Positions 27,800 to 41,600 are shown, counted from the first letter of the stretch. The stretch: DNA of 64,000 nt from Schmidtea polychroa (GCA_044892525.1 CM097885.1:238144001-238208000); one strand, 5' to 3'. The notes: generated from the letters alone by a model not told the origin. Program-made: numbers and translations.

Positions 27800-29185
27800 G
27801 CGCCCGATTTACCAAAATTTTATCCCAATCATTCTAACACGGTAAGCTCTTCATAGTTTTCCGTTTTGTAGTTTCTGAGGATGGGAGGGGATTAGTCGGA
27901 CCTTTTAGCTTTTTGTCTTGGTGACCGGGACGAATATCTTCTATCCATTGATCTCTTAGTTTGCCATACATTTGCCGGATAGTAAGTACATCGTTTTGTG
28001 CTTTGAGATCTGAGTGACGCATTTTGTCTTATTCCAGCACCACCTGGCACTAGAATGCTAATCAGTAATAACCATTACAGGTTTTTTAACCCGATTCTCG
28101 AAAGCATTTGACCGTACCCAAATCTCTAACACCCAAGACTCGCTAGATTGGAAATTGTACAGCTGTTAGTAGATCATATATTGCGAGTTCAACAATGATT
28201 TTAAAGTCGCACATCTTACAGACTCGTTCCGCACAATCTTTGCCATCGAAGTGTCCAATAATTTCTTTTCGGTCATTCCATGCGAATGGGACTGATAATG
28301 TTTAATGGGTTCACGAGGAGTAACCATTGTATTTAATAATGGTTCTCCATTAGAGTTTAGAATTCATACTGCAACTAATACCGATTGCAGGTGTTCTCTT
28401 ACCGTAGCGTAATGTGCTGCTACAAAAATAGTAAAATCGTCCTCTTCTTTTGTGGTTAACTGTTATCGGGTAAATGATTTGAAGGCTTTCAAGTCATTTT
28501 CATTAACCATGCAAATCCATGTTGGCTCATTGACCCATTTTAATTGATGAATTTGTATTGGTTCGAGAATTTCTAAGAAGATAAGATTTCGAACATTATA
28601 CAGTGATTCGCTTCTCTCTTTGGTCACTGTTGAATATTTCGAGAGTACTTTCAGGAAATAGATTGAATGGACCGTGGCTGAAAATGCCACTGTATTATTT
28701 CCGACTGAAACAAACTCTATTAACAAGTTGATTTTCACCTTTTCGTCCCCTATTATCTACCTTCGAAAAAATAACTTCGTCTCCTTGGTACGAGATAGAT
28801 ATTTTATTGGTGAACGGTAAAGTCTGTAATAGCCATCGTGATGCAAAATATGTACCTCAACTAAGAAGTACGTGTCGATTACTCACTACCCATAACGAGT
28901 AATCCTGTTGTACTCTTAGATCGTCGAAAACTTTCACTCTTTCATCGACATTTAGTTTGAATGCTGAACAGTATTCTCCGAAAAATGAGAAACTAGACCT
29001 TGTCCTATTATCACAAGTGGTGGATATCTGAAAACTGTGGTGGTTTCGCGCAAAGTGTAAATGCTCAATTTGTACAGCTAATGGACAAAACATAGCTGGG
29101 GCTGCGGACTGTATTGTAGTCATTAGTAAACTACAGATGACTAGAAACGTGACAGTCTTCGGAACACCTCTGGACCGTAATGGGC
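27800..29185 (-). pseudogene. Env-like glycoprotein remnant after the integrase
   Basis: In the integrase frame: ...PLRSRG, hydrophobic TVTFLVICSLLMTTIQSAAP, then Cys-bearing decayed segments (MFCP, TTCD..SFSFFGEYC, DCAERVCKMCD). Confidence 0.5.
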
Positions 29186-29562
29186 ATTAGTTCTCTGAAG
29201 TATCTGATACAATGAGTTTCGGCTTCTTCTTGAGTTTTGGAATTTCCGCCTTTTGTTTAATCAATTTTCCTTTATCCTCTACTGGTACTATGCACTTTTT
29301 ACATCGATTTGTATGTACTATAATAGGTTCTATAATAGGCTACTATAATAGGCTACTAATTGCAATATCAGATTAGTGTTGGTAGTTTTTAAGACTTCAT
29401 AAGGTTCTCTGAAATTTCGCATTAACTTTGGGGATAAGTCTTTCTTATTGTAATGGCTTTCCAGCATAACTTTGTCTCCCACCAATATTTGGTGATTTTT
29501 TGCTTTGCGATCGTGGTACTCTTTCGACGCTTCTTGATTATACTTGCTGTTGAGGCCGGCTT

Positions 29563-30177
29563 TTATCCATGTCTTTCTCTCATCTCCAAGAGATAGTCCT
29601 CTTTGTCTAGGTATTGCGTAGCCTTTGGATAGGACAACAAATCTACCGGCATTTTACTCTGTCTTAAATACATCAGATAAAATGGAGTTTGTCCCGTACC
29701 TTTGTGGATTGCATTTCGATATGCGAATAAACAAGATTGAATATGTACATCCCAATCTGTCTGACCTGAGTTAATGTATGATGCGAGCATATTAGCTAGA
29801 GTTCCATTGAACATTTTGACTAACCCATCAGTTTGTGGGTGATATGGCGATGTGTTTAGCTTCAAAATATCAAAATAATCATTGATGATTTCCCGTAAAT
29901 TGCTCATAAAGTCTGCTCCTCTATCTGTCAAAAGTTTAGTAGGTACTCCATACCTAAAAACTATCTGTTCGACGAAAATCCTGGCCAAAGTGTCTGCTTT
30001 ATGATTTGGAATTGGAAACGCTTCTGGCCATTTTGTCAGATAATCGCAGAAAACATGAATATATTTATTTCCGCTATTTGATTCTTTGAAAGTTCCTAAC
30101 ACATCCATCACCGTCATTTCCATAGGTGAGGATGGGACCGGTATAGGTTTCATTGGTACATGTGGTTTCTTGCCCAT
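29563..30177 (-). pseudogene. Gypsy integrase core
   Basis: rve motifs DVLG, DYLTKWPEAFP, TDRG, YHPQTDG; catalytic E replaced (GLVKM). Confidence 0.9.
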
Positions 30178-33100
30178 GTTTCTTCGAATGATACATACCT
30201 TACATGTCTGACACTATTGTTTCACATCTGCTTGCATTGAAGGCCAGAAATACTTCTGCTTCAATCTGGATAATGTTTTTCTTGAAGACTCGATTTACTT
30301 GGATATTTTCTTTCTACGTAAGAGCTTTACTATTTGCTGTTGGAGCATCATAATACTCTATGTCCAGTTCTCTTTTCTTCTTTTGTACTGATAGGATTGG
30401 ACCTTGTTCTGTGATCGTTGATCTATCTGGTTGAAATACCTTTCCCACTCTATTATCTTGATATAATTTTAATGGTTCAATATCTAGGTTGGCTACCCGA
30501 ATTGGTATATTGCCATTTTCAACTTTCCTCACACTGTACGTGACAGGTACATTATACTTTTCTGAGAAACTAGTATCTGGTTCAAATAATACGTTTCTTG
30601 CCAGTGTTTACTAACCTCCACGAAACACACTGTGTCTGCTCTAGCGGGGATCATTGTGGTTGATCCATAAACGCCGTTTCATCATTATAAATTTTCCGCT
30701 TTCTACCGATTGATCGCACTAATAAGCCTGTGGCACAATCAAAGACAACTCCTGTTAGTTTCTTTAAAACATCCATTCCCAATAGACATTCTGCTGGCAA
30801 ACTACGCATGACTATCACATCATGGTGTAATTCTTTATAACTTTATCTGACATGATAACATTCCAATGATAATTAATCGTGTTCCAGTAGCACCTGTTAA
30901 GCGTACTCCTGGCACTTCTAAGGATTACAATTCCTTCTGGTTCAGCAGTTTAGCATCGATAATAGTACTATCTGCTCCAGAATCTATAACTGCATTTACT
31001 GTATGTCGATTAACTCTTATTTTTATCATCGGCTTTTTTGCTAAATCCATCTTTTTATCTACCATAAATACCGTACCATGAGAAATTCCTATGTTATTCG
31101 CTCTATTTCTGTCGACATCAAACTGGTTTGTATCAGTAAATTGTGGATCATAAACTTTAAATTTCATATTTGCTTGTTCTGCTTTCATTTGTTCTAGAGG
31201 TTCTACTAAATAGTGTACCCCATCTAACCTTGGTAAAGTTAATGGAGTAAATTTTTCCACTTTAGGAGCTGAAGGTAAGGTTCTTACATTTGGAAGTTGA
31301 AAATACTTTGGACATCGTTTTAATTTCGGTGATATTATCCCACCCTTTATTTCTGAACCATCGTATTCACCTTTTGGCAATTGTTACCCATCAAAAATTC
31401 GTTTCGAGGCTTCGTAAGATGCTTGGTAATCTTTAAATGGAGCACAATTTCGCTGAGAATTCGGTTTTTTGTTGTTGGTTCTCTTGTAATTTATTTTGCG
31501 GTTCCTGCTTGACCCACGCGGGGGTTCCTGGCTCACGTCCTGTTCGAATAACGGGGTCGAGATTCGCTAGTCCACCTCTTATCCAATCGTGAATGTGATA
31601 CCATATCCATCGAGTTCGAAGACGAGTAATTGTTTCGGCTCGTTGTTCTTCTTCGTCGTGGTTGCACTGTTGGGACATTTCTAAATTCATAAAATTACAG
31701 CCCAATACATGATATCATTAGTTTATATCTAAACCAAAATACACGTGCACACTACCAATAAAGACCAAAACTTTGAGAAACCGTAAGGAATCCATAAGGA
31801 CAGCATAAATTACTTCCGGTGGGGAATATTAAAAATCCAAACACGCAAACACGATATTTAACATCGCTATAATTAGACTGGACACAAGGGTAATCATTAT
31901 GGCCTGAGCCATTATTTATGGGCGTTTCTAGTCATAACAGTAGGCAGATGTAATATATATTTGCATCATCAATTTTAGTTAACTTACTTTAGATAATTAG
32001 AAATTAACATGAAAACTGATCATTATTTATAAACATTAGCCCAGTCATATAAAATTTATTCCTCAGCGATTTTTAGCAAAATATGTATTTTAAGGATATT
32101 GAAATTTCTAGTCGATAAAAGGGTAATAAAGTTTATAATTATGAGAAGTAACCATGAAATTATTAATATCATTAAAAGTACTCTTTACGATCATAAAATT
32201 GCAGAAACAAAACTTTGGATTTTTAACCGTTGTTTATATATTCTATTTGAATCAATTTTTTTAAACTTATTTATTCATTTAAAATTATTGGGATTTTATA
32301 TTTACCTTGCAGTTACATTCATCCATAACCAAATTATACTGCTGAAATTAATTCCGTCGGCGGTGTGAACAGTTCGGATCGAATGCAACGCTTGATCCTT
32401 CATTCCCTCCCCGCCTATAATTACTTGAGGTAGTTCTTTCGTCATTCACAAAGATGTATTGGGTTAAGTACTTAATTTCTTTTATTCCTTTGAAATATAT
32501 CATTTATCGATATTCCCTGGTAATACTTTCATTAATAATAATACTTTAGAATTACTTAAATTTGACAATTTTAATTAGAGTCCTTTATGGTAACAAGATC
32601 GTTTTATTTGACAATAACTAATTAGAATTAGGTGTAAGTGTAGTGTAGTAATTTTGAGTCTGGGGATTCTTCCCCGTTTAATATCCTAGTGTTGTGTAAT
32701 TCACGAAATTTTTAATGTTAGTTTAGGTGTGTTAATTACTTGTGCGTAAAAATAGTCCATTAATTAAAATTTGCTTACTTTCGTGACCGCACTGTGCTCA
32801 CTACGGTAAAACTAAATGCTGTGTGGATCAAAAAGTAAAAGGTACTGTAACACTGACTAATTTTTCAATTTCAATTACGAATTATTTTTTACAAAATTTT
32901 CCTCCTTGATGGATTTGGGCATTTCCAGAATAAATTGAATTTAATCTAATTCTTAATTTTTAAATTATTTTCTGCAAATTTTTCTTAAAAATTTTATTTA
33001 TTTACTAAAATATTTATTTTTTGTAACTTTCATTAGATCTTTTGGCGGTCATGAACGATTTCGCCATTTTCATGGATTGTTCTGGATTTTTATTCGAAAT

Positions 33101-34300
33101 TAGCTGTAATTTTCTCTAAATAAGTTTTTCGGTTATTTTATGGGTTTGGGTTATATTTGAGTACAACAAGTGTAATACTTCTTGATATGTTTTATTTTAT
33201 TTTTATTTGGATGTTTTACATTTTGGGTGTGATTTTCTTAATTATTAGTGTTTAGTTGATGTTTTATATGTTCTGATTTTAATTAAACTTGATGCTGAGT
33301 TGGATGCTATGTACCAACACCTTTCAGTCACGAACTTAGTTTTTGGTTTAGAAATCAGTTCTACCCCAACATTTTCTATATTCTTTTTTTATTATTTCGA
33401 AATTTTAAATTTAAGAATCCCAACATATCAAAATCGACTATTTCACGTTTTTTGAAAATCCATATAATAACAGTCAAACAAATAAGACTATCTGGTGCTT
33501 AAAAGTATTCAAATCGTGTCATGGAAATGAGAATTCAATATGCAACGCTCTTTTTAGAAGAAGCAAGAAGAGATAATAAATTAATTTTCATTGACAGGAG
33601 GTGCTTCAATTGCTGGACAAGCCAGGAACTGGGATGAAACAAAAAGGGAAAAGATTATATGCAACTCAACCAACAGAGATTGAAATATCCCTGACTCTCA
33701 CAATTGGCGTCAATGGACCAATTCATGATAAATCAATAGTATGATCCTACAAAATGGTTAGATACCAAATTTCTATAGATGAAACCCTATGCAGATTTGA
33801 TGTTCTTAAGGAAACGATTTGATTGCATTTAAGAATTTTATCTACCAAGAAATATATCTTATGGTTATAATACATTTGGACGTGTTTCACACCTTTCTTG
33901 ATTTAAATCGGTTTCGTTTAATTTATTTTCTTAATTAGGTTTGTTTATTTTAATAAATTAGAAAGTGATCTCTCTCTAAAGACGTCTCCTTCGATTGCAT
34001 TTTAAAAAATAATGTTTATTATGTCATTTCATCTTTCTTTTATAGTTGTGTATAACCAATCAAATTAATGGATTTGTATTGCAAACAATGATTGCGTGTG
34101 CGAATCATTGATTTCTTGTGTGCGTGACCTTTGTATGTATGTAAAACATGTCTTTCAGGTGTATTGCAAATGATTTATTTAAGATATTTCAACTATAATT
34201 ATTTAATTTAAACGTGTACTAAATCATTTAATGAGATATCACAAGTAAAATTGTGTAATATCACAAATAGCATTAACAACATAAAAATAATGTATTATAA

Positions 34301-34497
34301 CAGTGTTTCTCAAACTATGGGTCGCGAAAGAATTTTTGGTGGGTCGCGATGACTAGAATAACTAGAGTTAAATAGAGTTATTCTCATTAAATAAACATTT
34401 ATTTTAAAATTAATCTTTGTCATGTGGGTCGCAATAAAATTTTTGGCATGAAATGTCAAAAATTTGGGTCGTGATCAAAAAAGTTTGAGAACCACTG
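34301..34497. mobile_element. hAT (Charlie-like) MITE
   Basis: TIRs cagtgtttctcaaact / agtttgagaaccactg; gggtcgc motifs; 8-bp TSD tattataa. Confidence 0.9.
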
Positions 34498-34648
34498 TAT
34501 TATAACAAGAAACACTAGCATCAAATATTTTACTATCACAGGTAACACTACCAAATAAAAATAGTGTACCATAACAAGTAAAACTAACACCAAATAATAA
34601 CAGTACAAAAGTAGAGAAAAAATAAACTTTTTTGTATAATAAAATTTA

Positions 34649-36120
34649 TTAAATTTTAAAGATCGTTATCAACATCCGGAAAATGCGGATGGTATAATAA
34701 ATTTTCATCTGGATCAATCATGGGTAATAACATGTCTTCATTGTCATCTGTATCTTTATTATCTAGATACATTATCGGTAAAATTGCTGTATCTATATCA
34801 ACATTAACCATACCATCACCTTTATAATGTCCATACGCGTGAATTTTGTTTCACCCACTCTAATTACGCTTATCATCAGGATTTGGTAGAACCCCCTCTT
34901 ATTAATTTTAATACTAAAAAGTAGGTGGTTCTTACTAGTTATTTGAAATTGGGACACCGAATAAACTTTATTAGAATTGTAACAATTCAGATACGACGGA
35001 TGGGTTATTCCAGTATCTTTAATTTTAACCCCAAACGCTTTCATATATCTCTTAGGGCTCTTCATACCATGTCATTTAGGTCTTAAAAATATCCATTCGT
35101 CATATTCAAGTCCCTCTCATCTTTAAATTTCCCTATTACAGAGTCAAGGGATTTTTAAAAAATTGAATATGTTGGCGCATAATAATAGTTAAATATCGTT
35201 GCTAGTAAAGGGAAATTTAATTTGCAATTTTTAATGTAAAGGAATCTGAATTCCAAAATATAATATTTATTTTGCAATTAAATTCTACACGATATTTTTC
35301 CAAATCAACGTACTGAACCTGGTACATACGAAGTTTAGATTGGTCCAAAACTGATAGACCAATATAACTTTGTCTATTTAAATTTATTAAATCGTTTCTT
35401 ATAAAGCAGAAATTAAGTCATCGATTTTAAATGTTTTTTCTAAAAATACGTTTGGAACAATAATTTAAAACTTTTTTGGGCCGAAATACAAAGTCTTAAA
35501 TTAATTCGTTTCTTTATGTTTTCGACAATCTTGCGTTACAAGTTATTATTTAACAATTTAAAGTTATTTTTATCAAGAGTATTTGTTGATACTGCCCGAA
35601 GTTGTGTATTTGTGTCAATATAACTCTTCAATATGATGAACTATTTAAATTGAATTGCGCCAAGAATTTTAGTTACTTTTACCCCAATATTTAAATAAAG
35701 TTGAAGAAGTCTCCAATGAAGAACATATTTCTTCACTGGATAATGTGGTAACATCAACTTCTCCACTTTCGACTCTGGCGCACGCATCTTTTCAGCTGCT
35801 ACTGGAAAATTATCCAATTAATCATGAATAAATGCAAGTATTTCTAAATCTACTTCAACGGTATAGCCAAATGTGAGTAGATCTAATTCAATATTTATAC
35901 TATCATCCAAAATTTTATTTAGTTATCGTTTATTAATGCAAAATTACTATCTGGTAGTTTTTGGCTAAGTGCCCAACCCTACAGGTTGCTAATATCAATA
36001 TAGTGTAACTTTGTATTTGCAATAGATTTTACTTGTTTTTTTACATAGGTTAATCCACCCTCGAAAAAATTATAATTTTCCATATCTTGGATTAACTCAA
36101 TTGGAAGATATAAAGTCATT
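34649..36120 (-). pseudogene. pPolB copy B; heavily decayed polymerase domain, same lineage as copy C
   Basis: Across stops and frameshifts: YIDISNL*GWALSQKLP, GYTVEVDL, APESKVEKLMLPH, FKLLNNNL..IVENIKKRINLRL, SVLDQSKLRMYQVQY..YRVEFNCKINI, EWIFLRPK, DDKR, GHYK. Confidence 0.85.
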
Positions 36121-36234
36121 ATCGCAGAGTTCCTACCGTCTCCCCTGAGGGGTATGCGTTTGCATCATAATCAAATAGATTGTGCATGCACAACTTATTT
36201 GAATAGATTGCGTGCGCAATCTATTGTAAAAAAT

Positions 36235-36871
36235 GGAAGCAGGACATTACCCTCCTGACATTATCCGCCCAATAATTTATTTATCAGTATATATGACATT
36301 GTTTTATCTAGATCTAATATTTATAATATCAATTATTAAATTGTCCAAAAATAATTTTGAAAAGTAAAGAAATTATAGTATATCATAGTAAATACAAAAA
36401 TAAAATGCAATAAATTTTACCAACTATTACAGCTGACTGCTATGTATTCAAAAGTTAAAATACAAAACAAATATTTAGCCACACTGCATAAAAATTAAAA
36501 ATAAAATAAGTTAAATGACTACTACTAAATACAAAAATAAAATGCAATAAATTTTATCAACTATTTTAACTAAATGTTATGTGCAATCTCTCGCAAGTAT
36601 TTAAAATGGTATTTATTAGCAAAATCACTAACAATGTTCTTAATCCGAGCATTGCAGTCACGATATTTCTTTCGCGAAAGTTCCACTGGATGACTTCCAA
36701 GTCACTGAGAAATTAGCACATTCTCTTTGAAAAATTATCAAAAAACGCCAAATGTGTGGATGGTCAGCCATAACGAGGTTGCATTTTTCGATGCCAACCT
36801 TCAACGCTGTTGTTATAAAACGGGGGGTAAATGATGAGGGTGGTAATGGCAGGGGATAATGTCCTAGACCC
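36235..36871 (-). mobile_element. Mutator/MULE deletion derivative
   Basis: Inverted ends aggacattaccc (36241) / gggataatgtcct (~36853); fragment NNSVEGWHRKM..HPHIWRFL typical of MULE transposase C-termini. Confidence 0.65.
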
Positions 36872-38631
36872 CAAAAATGTATCGAAATTTTGAAAAATAA
36901 ATTTTCTATTTAAATTCTTATTTAGGATGTGCATTTCATTACCAACAATATTAATCCATAACATTTTAAGATTTTTAAATTTTATAAAGATTTTTGTTAT
37001 AAAACGAATTTAAAAAATTAAAAAGTTTTATTTAAAAAAATAGTGCTGAGTAGTACTCATTGAAAAAAATTCATTCTCAGTCGAATAAATCATCATTTAA
37101 AACAATTAGATAAATCTTTATGTCAAATAGACTGGAAAATAAAAACAACTCCATTTTACTTTCAGTTAAAATTTCCTTTTTCAAACAAATATCTTCATCT
37201 TGATCAAAAAGTTCAGAAAGAATTTCAAGTAACAAAAGGAAATAAAACAAGGTTGAGTGAATCGACGAGAACTAATTCAGGAATTATGCAACCAAAGTTG
37301 AGAATTTTGAAAAGTACTTCTGAATCGAAGGAGACGGAAAATTTGAAAAACGCAGTGGAAAAATTTTTAATTCTGTCACCTCGATCTGAATTTATTTGAA
37401 ATATTTCTGTACAAAAAATCAATTCGTTTCGAATCCACTGAATCAAACAAATTTCCGTTAAATTTAAAAAATGTAAATAAAAACAATTGAATTTTTTTGT
37501 TCAAAATACTAAATAAGAGTTAAATTGTGAAAAAGAAATAAGACTTAAAAATAGTCAATCATAATAAATGACAATTATCATTAAAAAATTTTGCAAAAGT
37601 TATATCGACGTGAATCTTATATAAATATAAATTTTTCTTGTTATATTATTGAAATTTGTGGTAAGATTTTAAAAAGTGCGAAACCAAGGGGAGGAGGTTA
37701 GGGGGTTAAACCCATCATTGGATTTTTCATGTACAAATATTTGTCGACGTCAAGTGCCTAAAAGATCATCCACCTAAATAAAAAAAATCAAGACACTTAA
37801 AAGTTATCATTTTAATCTATCAGTCTGATAGTATCAGACACCTTAATCATGAGTGGCTTCGCACCTTCGACACCCTCATTCGCTCACACATGAAATGATT
37901 GACCATAATATTAATAAATATTTGTCAACTCCAACCACCCTCCTCGTAAATTCCTGGCTACGCCCCTGGAAATATATGAGAGTTTGCAAACTATTAAAAA
38001 AAATAGCCAATTATCTTATTTTTTTAAAAAAGACAACCCAGGGAGTATGCATACGCATACTTCTCGGGGGTTGGCGGTAGACATAATCAACAAAATAAAT
38101 TGTTAGAGAAGAGGATTCCTGTTGGGCTGGAGTTCACAAAACTATAGAGTGGATCTCAGTGGAGTTTAGTGTAGCACCAGAACATGCATACGTAAATATA
38201 TAAACAAAATAAGAATAAATACGAAATTTAGTTGATATTTTTCCAAAACATCGTTTGAAAGTTCACTTTTGGTAAACTTACTTATATCAAATAAACTATC
38301 ATTATTAATTTGTTGTGTTATTGCGTTTAAACGCAATAAATATTGCTAATTGTTTAAATGGACGCGCAGAGTCAGCATAAATCAAATCCTACTAATTAAA
38401 AATAAACCCAGCAGCGATATTAAGAGATCTGTATTTATTTAAAAACATTACCAATTTCATCCTCATAAAACAAAAATCAAATTAAGAAAAAACTTCAAAA
38501 ATTTTGATTCCAGTTATTATTATTGTTAAGTCGGGAGCATGAGAAAATTATCATATTCAATGATTATGGGAAATAACAAAATGTTTATAATTTCTCAATA
38601 ATATTTATCTAGTTATTAATAACAAATCATA

Positions 38632-39076
38632 TTAAACAACAACATTGGCATCTTTCGATTTAAATTCAGAAATTTTTAGTATTAATTCTTTATTTTTTAT
38701 TTGCATATCTAAACAGCGCATTTCCAGTTCTTTGATCGATATTTTGAGTTCTTCTAATTCCGGTATATTTGGTGGATTTTGTGATAAATTATTTTTTATA
38801 TATCTGAAATAGAAAGTTATTAATTTATTAGAATAAATAATATAACTCAAGGGCTTCCAGTGGTTTTTCAGGCTCTTGATAAATACCAGTCAATACTAAA
38901 ATGCAATTAGATATTAAATCCACATTTTAAAACTAGTTACAAACCTTTGATTAAATTATCAGTAATTCCACTTCTATCTAAATATTTTCTATATTCTTGT
39001 TTGCGAAAATACTATTAATTTGAAATAATATTATTAATAAAGAATTAAAACACAAAACTAATTGTTCTGAATTCAT
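38632..39076 (-). CDS. MYCBP: c-Myc-binding protein (AMY-1), 4 exons
   Basis: Spliced over three ~45-50-nt GT-AG introns: MNSEQLYFRKQEYRKYLDRSGITDNLIKVLTGIYQEPEKPLEALEYIKNNLSQNPPNIPELEELK..., matching the MYCBP signature FRRYLEKSGVLDTLTKVLVALYEEPEKP. Confidence 0.9.
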
Positions 39077-39929
39077 TATTTTGGTTTAAATTTCCTTTAA
39101 ATATTTTCCTTTAAACACTTTTAAATTAAAGAATATTTCAGTTGCTTAGGTAACAACAAATTTGGTTTTGACCTTGAAATTCAATGATTAAATAAAGAAT
39201 TAAAATTTAATAATAACATAAAATAAAAATGCAATGACAAAATTTCATAAATTTTATTTTAATAAATTATACTTATTCCAGTTTTCAATAATGTTCGATT
39301 TTTAAATAAATTGCATTTTCGATCTTCATATATTGAAAATGATTTGATACAGATATACTTTCGTTCTTTGAAGTCATTACTTATTATATTTGATCTAAAC
39401 TATGTTTGGTGGCGGTACATGTGAAAATCTTAAATCTTTATATACAAAAACACTTTAAATTTAATTCACTGGGATGGCTCCGCTTGTCTCCGTGGAAAAG
39501 TCAAATTATGTCGAGAATCCAAAGTCACCTCGACAATTTCATCGTCAATCTTTATGCTTATCGTTTAATTTTCTATTTTACTGTAATGCTTTTCTTTAGT
39601 TTTAGATAGAATTTAGTTATATAATCCGAGATAACTCTCACTGATTAAAACAAATGATTAATTACTGTTCCAAATATTCTGATATAGCTGTATTAAAATT
39701 CTACCAATTAATAAATAAGATTTGTAATAGAATATAACATTAGCTAATCATTTTTTTTAAAAAATGCTCTCCAGTACATACTAATATTCTTTAAAAACTA
39801 ATAAGTATCAAGTAGTTCAATTAATCAAGAAAGAGTATTATGACTGACCCAAATTTTACTAATTAGGGAATGAGGTTTATATGATGCTTTGGGTAGTTGG
39901 GGAGATTAGATATTTTTTTTATTGTAGCC

Positions 39930-40135
39930 GAACTGTAACCTTAAAATTTAGGAATGTCCCAACATATTAGCCACAGTGAGGAAGATCAGGACATCGGAAC
40001 GATCACTCGGCTCAGGACAAGATACATATGGTATAAAATCCATGAATATGGAATCGAGGTCGAGATCTGGACAATTTTGGTCCCGTCATTCGAAGTGGGC
40101 CGGAACCTGAAGCCGGGGATGAGCACTTCTAATTT
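39930..40135 (+). mobile_element. Isolated fragment homologous to the 5' ORF of Gypsy element 1
   Basis: MSQH...TITRLRTRYIWYKIHE..(frameshift)WNRG..NFGPVIRSGPEP vs MSQQ...TITRLRTRWIWYHIHDWIRG..NLDPVIRTGREP at 31433-31705. Confidence 0.75.
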
Positions 40136-41079
40136 GCACTTGGTGTATACTTGATACAAGTCTTAAGACTGATCCTCTATCAGGGTTCGCTGAGCCCTGC
40201 TCTCCATGATTAGAGTGTTACAACAGTTCTAAAATCAGTGGATTCTTTGGGTAAATTTCTTAATTTGAAGAAGGGTAAATGAAGTCCTCTCCAGCCGATC
40301 GATTTTTTCGTCAAGGAGTTCGATCTTCTTTCGCTGTGCGCGAAAGAGAACATTCTTATTCGCACAAGAGAACCATGGTTTTAATTAATTTGATTGAGTT
40401 TTCATTGTTTCTATAAGTGAGAAAAGAAGGATTTAATCCACGATTTAAGTTCTAGCAAAGTATTCCTATTGATCAACGACTAAAATAGTGGGTGAATGGG
40501 TTTAAATCAAAATTGACTGGAAGGGAATAACCAGGCCAAATGAGACTGACGCTCTGCCTATCATAACCCCTATCTCCATCGTGAAGGTGATGATTAGAGT
40601 GATGATTAGCATGATAATGGATATAGCAATTATTAGGGTACTGAACCTGAAGACTGAATCAATGCCGTTAATAATAACCACAATATGGTTATTAAAGATA
40701 CTATAATTGGTAGAAGTGAGGATAATATCTGTAAAAAAAATAATCAGGACCTCGAAACGCGGATATTTCGGTGAAATTAAGAAGAATACTAAATGACTAA
40801 ACTAAAAACATGGTGGACCAAGAAGATCATATTTCATGATGTCGGATGCAGTGCATAAATTCAATTCAATCAGGCTCATCTAGTTAAAAAATTTGGAACA
40901 ATTAGAAGAGCTGCTGAATAATTTTAAAGAATAAAAAGAAAACGGGAGTTATACAATAAAGTTTTTATCACCAAGTGCTGAAGAAATTACAAGTAATCGT
41001 GATTATTCTGTGGACGTGCATTTTTGTGTCATAGAAAGATGCAGATGTCAACTCCTTAGCAGAATTCTTACACGTATAA

Positions 41080-41600
41080 CAAAATTTGTTTTTTAGTTAA
41101 TTATCTGGGCATTACTTGCTAAAATGATATCCTCTGCATCAAGAGCTTTATGATTATCTCTTTAGTTTCCTACATTGTTGACTGATATGCCCTACTTGAT
41201 TATTAGTACAGCATGAAAAATATTTGACATATTCCTATGGATTCCAAAAATATTTTTATAACAAGCTTTTCAACTTTGTCGAAATATAATATTGTTTTTC
41301 CTATATCATTTTCATAACTGTAAATTTTCGAAATTTCTTCGAGCAAGGATGCTGATTTTTGGAATATTTCTCACAATTTATTCTTAAATCACTCCACTTT
41401 TTTTGGAAATGCTTAGTGTATTGGCAATATTTCTATTCTGATGAGACATTTCACCATTATGTTTCGATATTGTTTGTGCAGTGTTCAAAGATCAAAATAC
41501 AGATTGCATTCCTTTATAAATATTCTGACATCGTCATCCACGTGAAAAATAATTGAAATAAAATTTTCTACTATCTTCATCTGTCAAAATCTATGGTCTT
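41080..41600 (-). mobile_element. Possible gag remnant with decayed zinc knuckles
   Basis: FHVDDDVRIFIKECNLYF... and NQVGHISQQCRK-like segment; many stops. Confidence 0.35.

Larger units (their letters stand above)
25750..31750 (-). mobile_element. Decayed Ty3/Gypsy LTR retrotransposon 1 (protease, integrase, env-like and accessory ORFs; RT/RNase H absent); boundaries approximate
   Basis: Protease VNAVIDSGADST (~30960-31000); integrase YFWPSMQADVK..CQTC, VMDVLG, LTDRGADF, TSPYHPQTDGLV (29563-30290); GC-richer decayed ORFs downstream. LTR pair not identified. Confidence 0.8.

Noticed and set aside
37685..37968. hAT-like end tcctggctacgcccctg
   Set aside because: Opposite TIR is degraded and no TSD found; not supportable as a bounded element.
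41435..41475. Hammerhead-like CTGATGA...CGATA
   Set aside because: GAAA core absent and the only good stem uses the core GA; region reads better as an antisense gag remnant.
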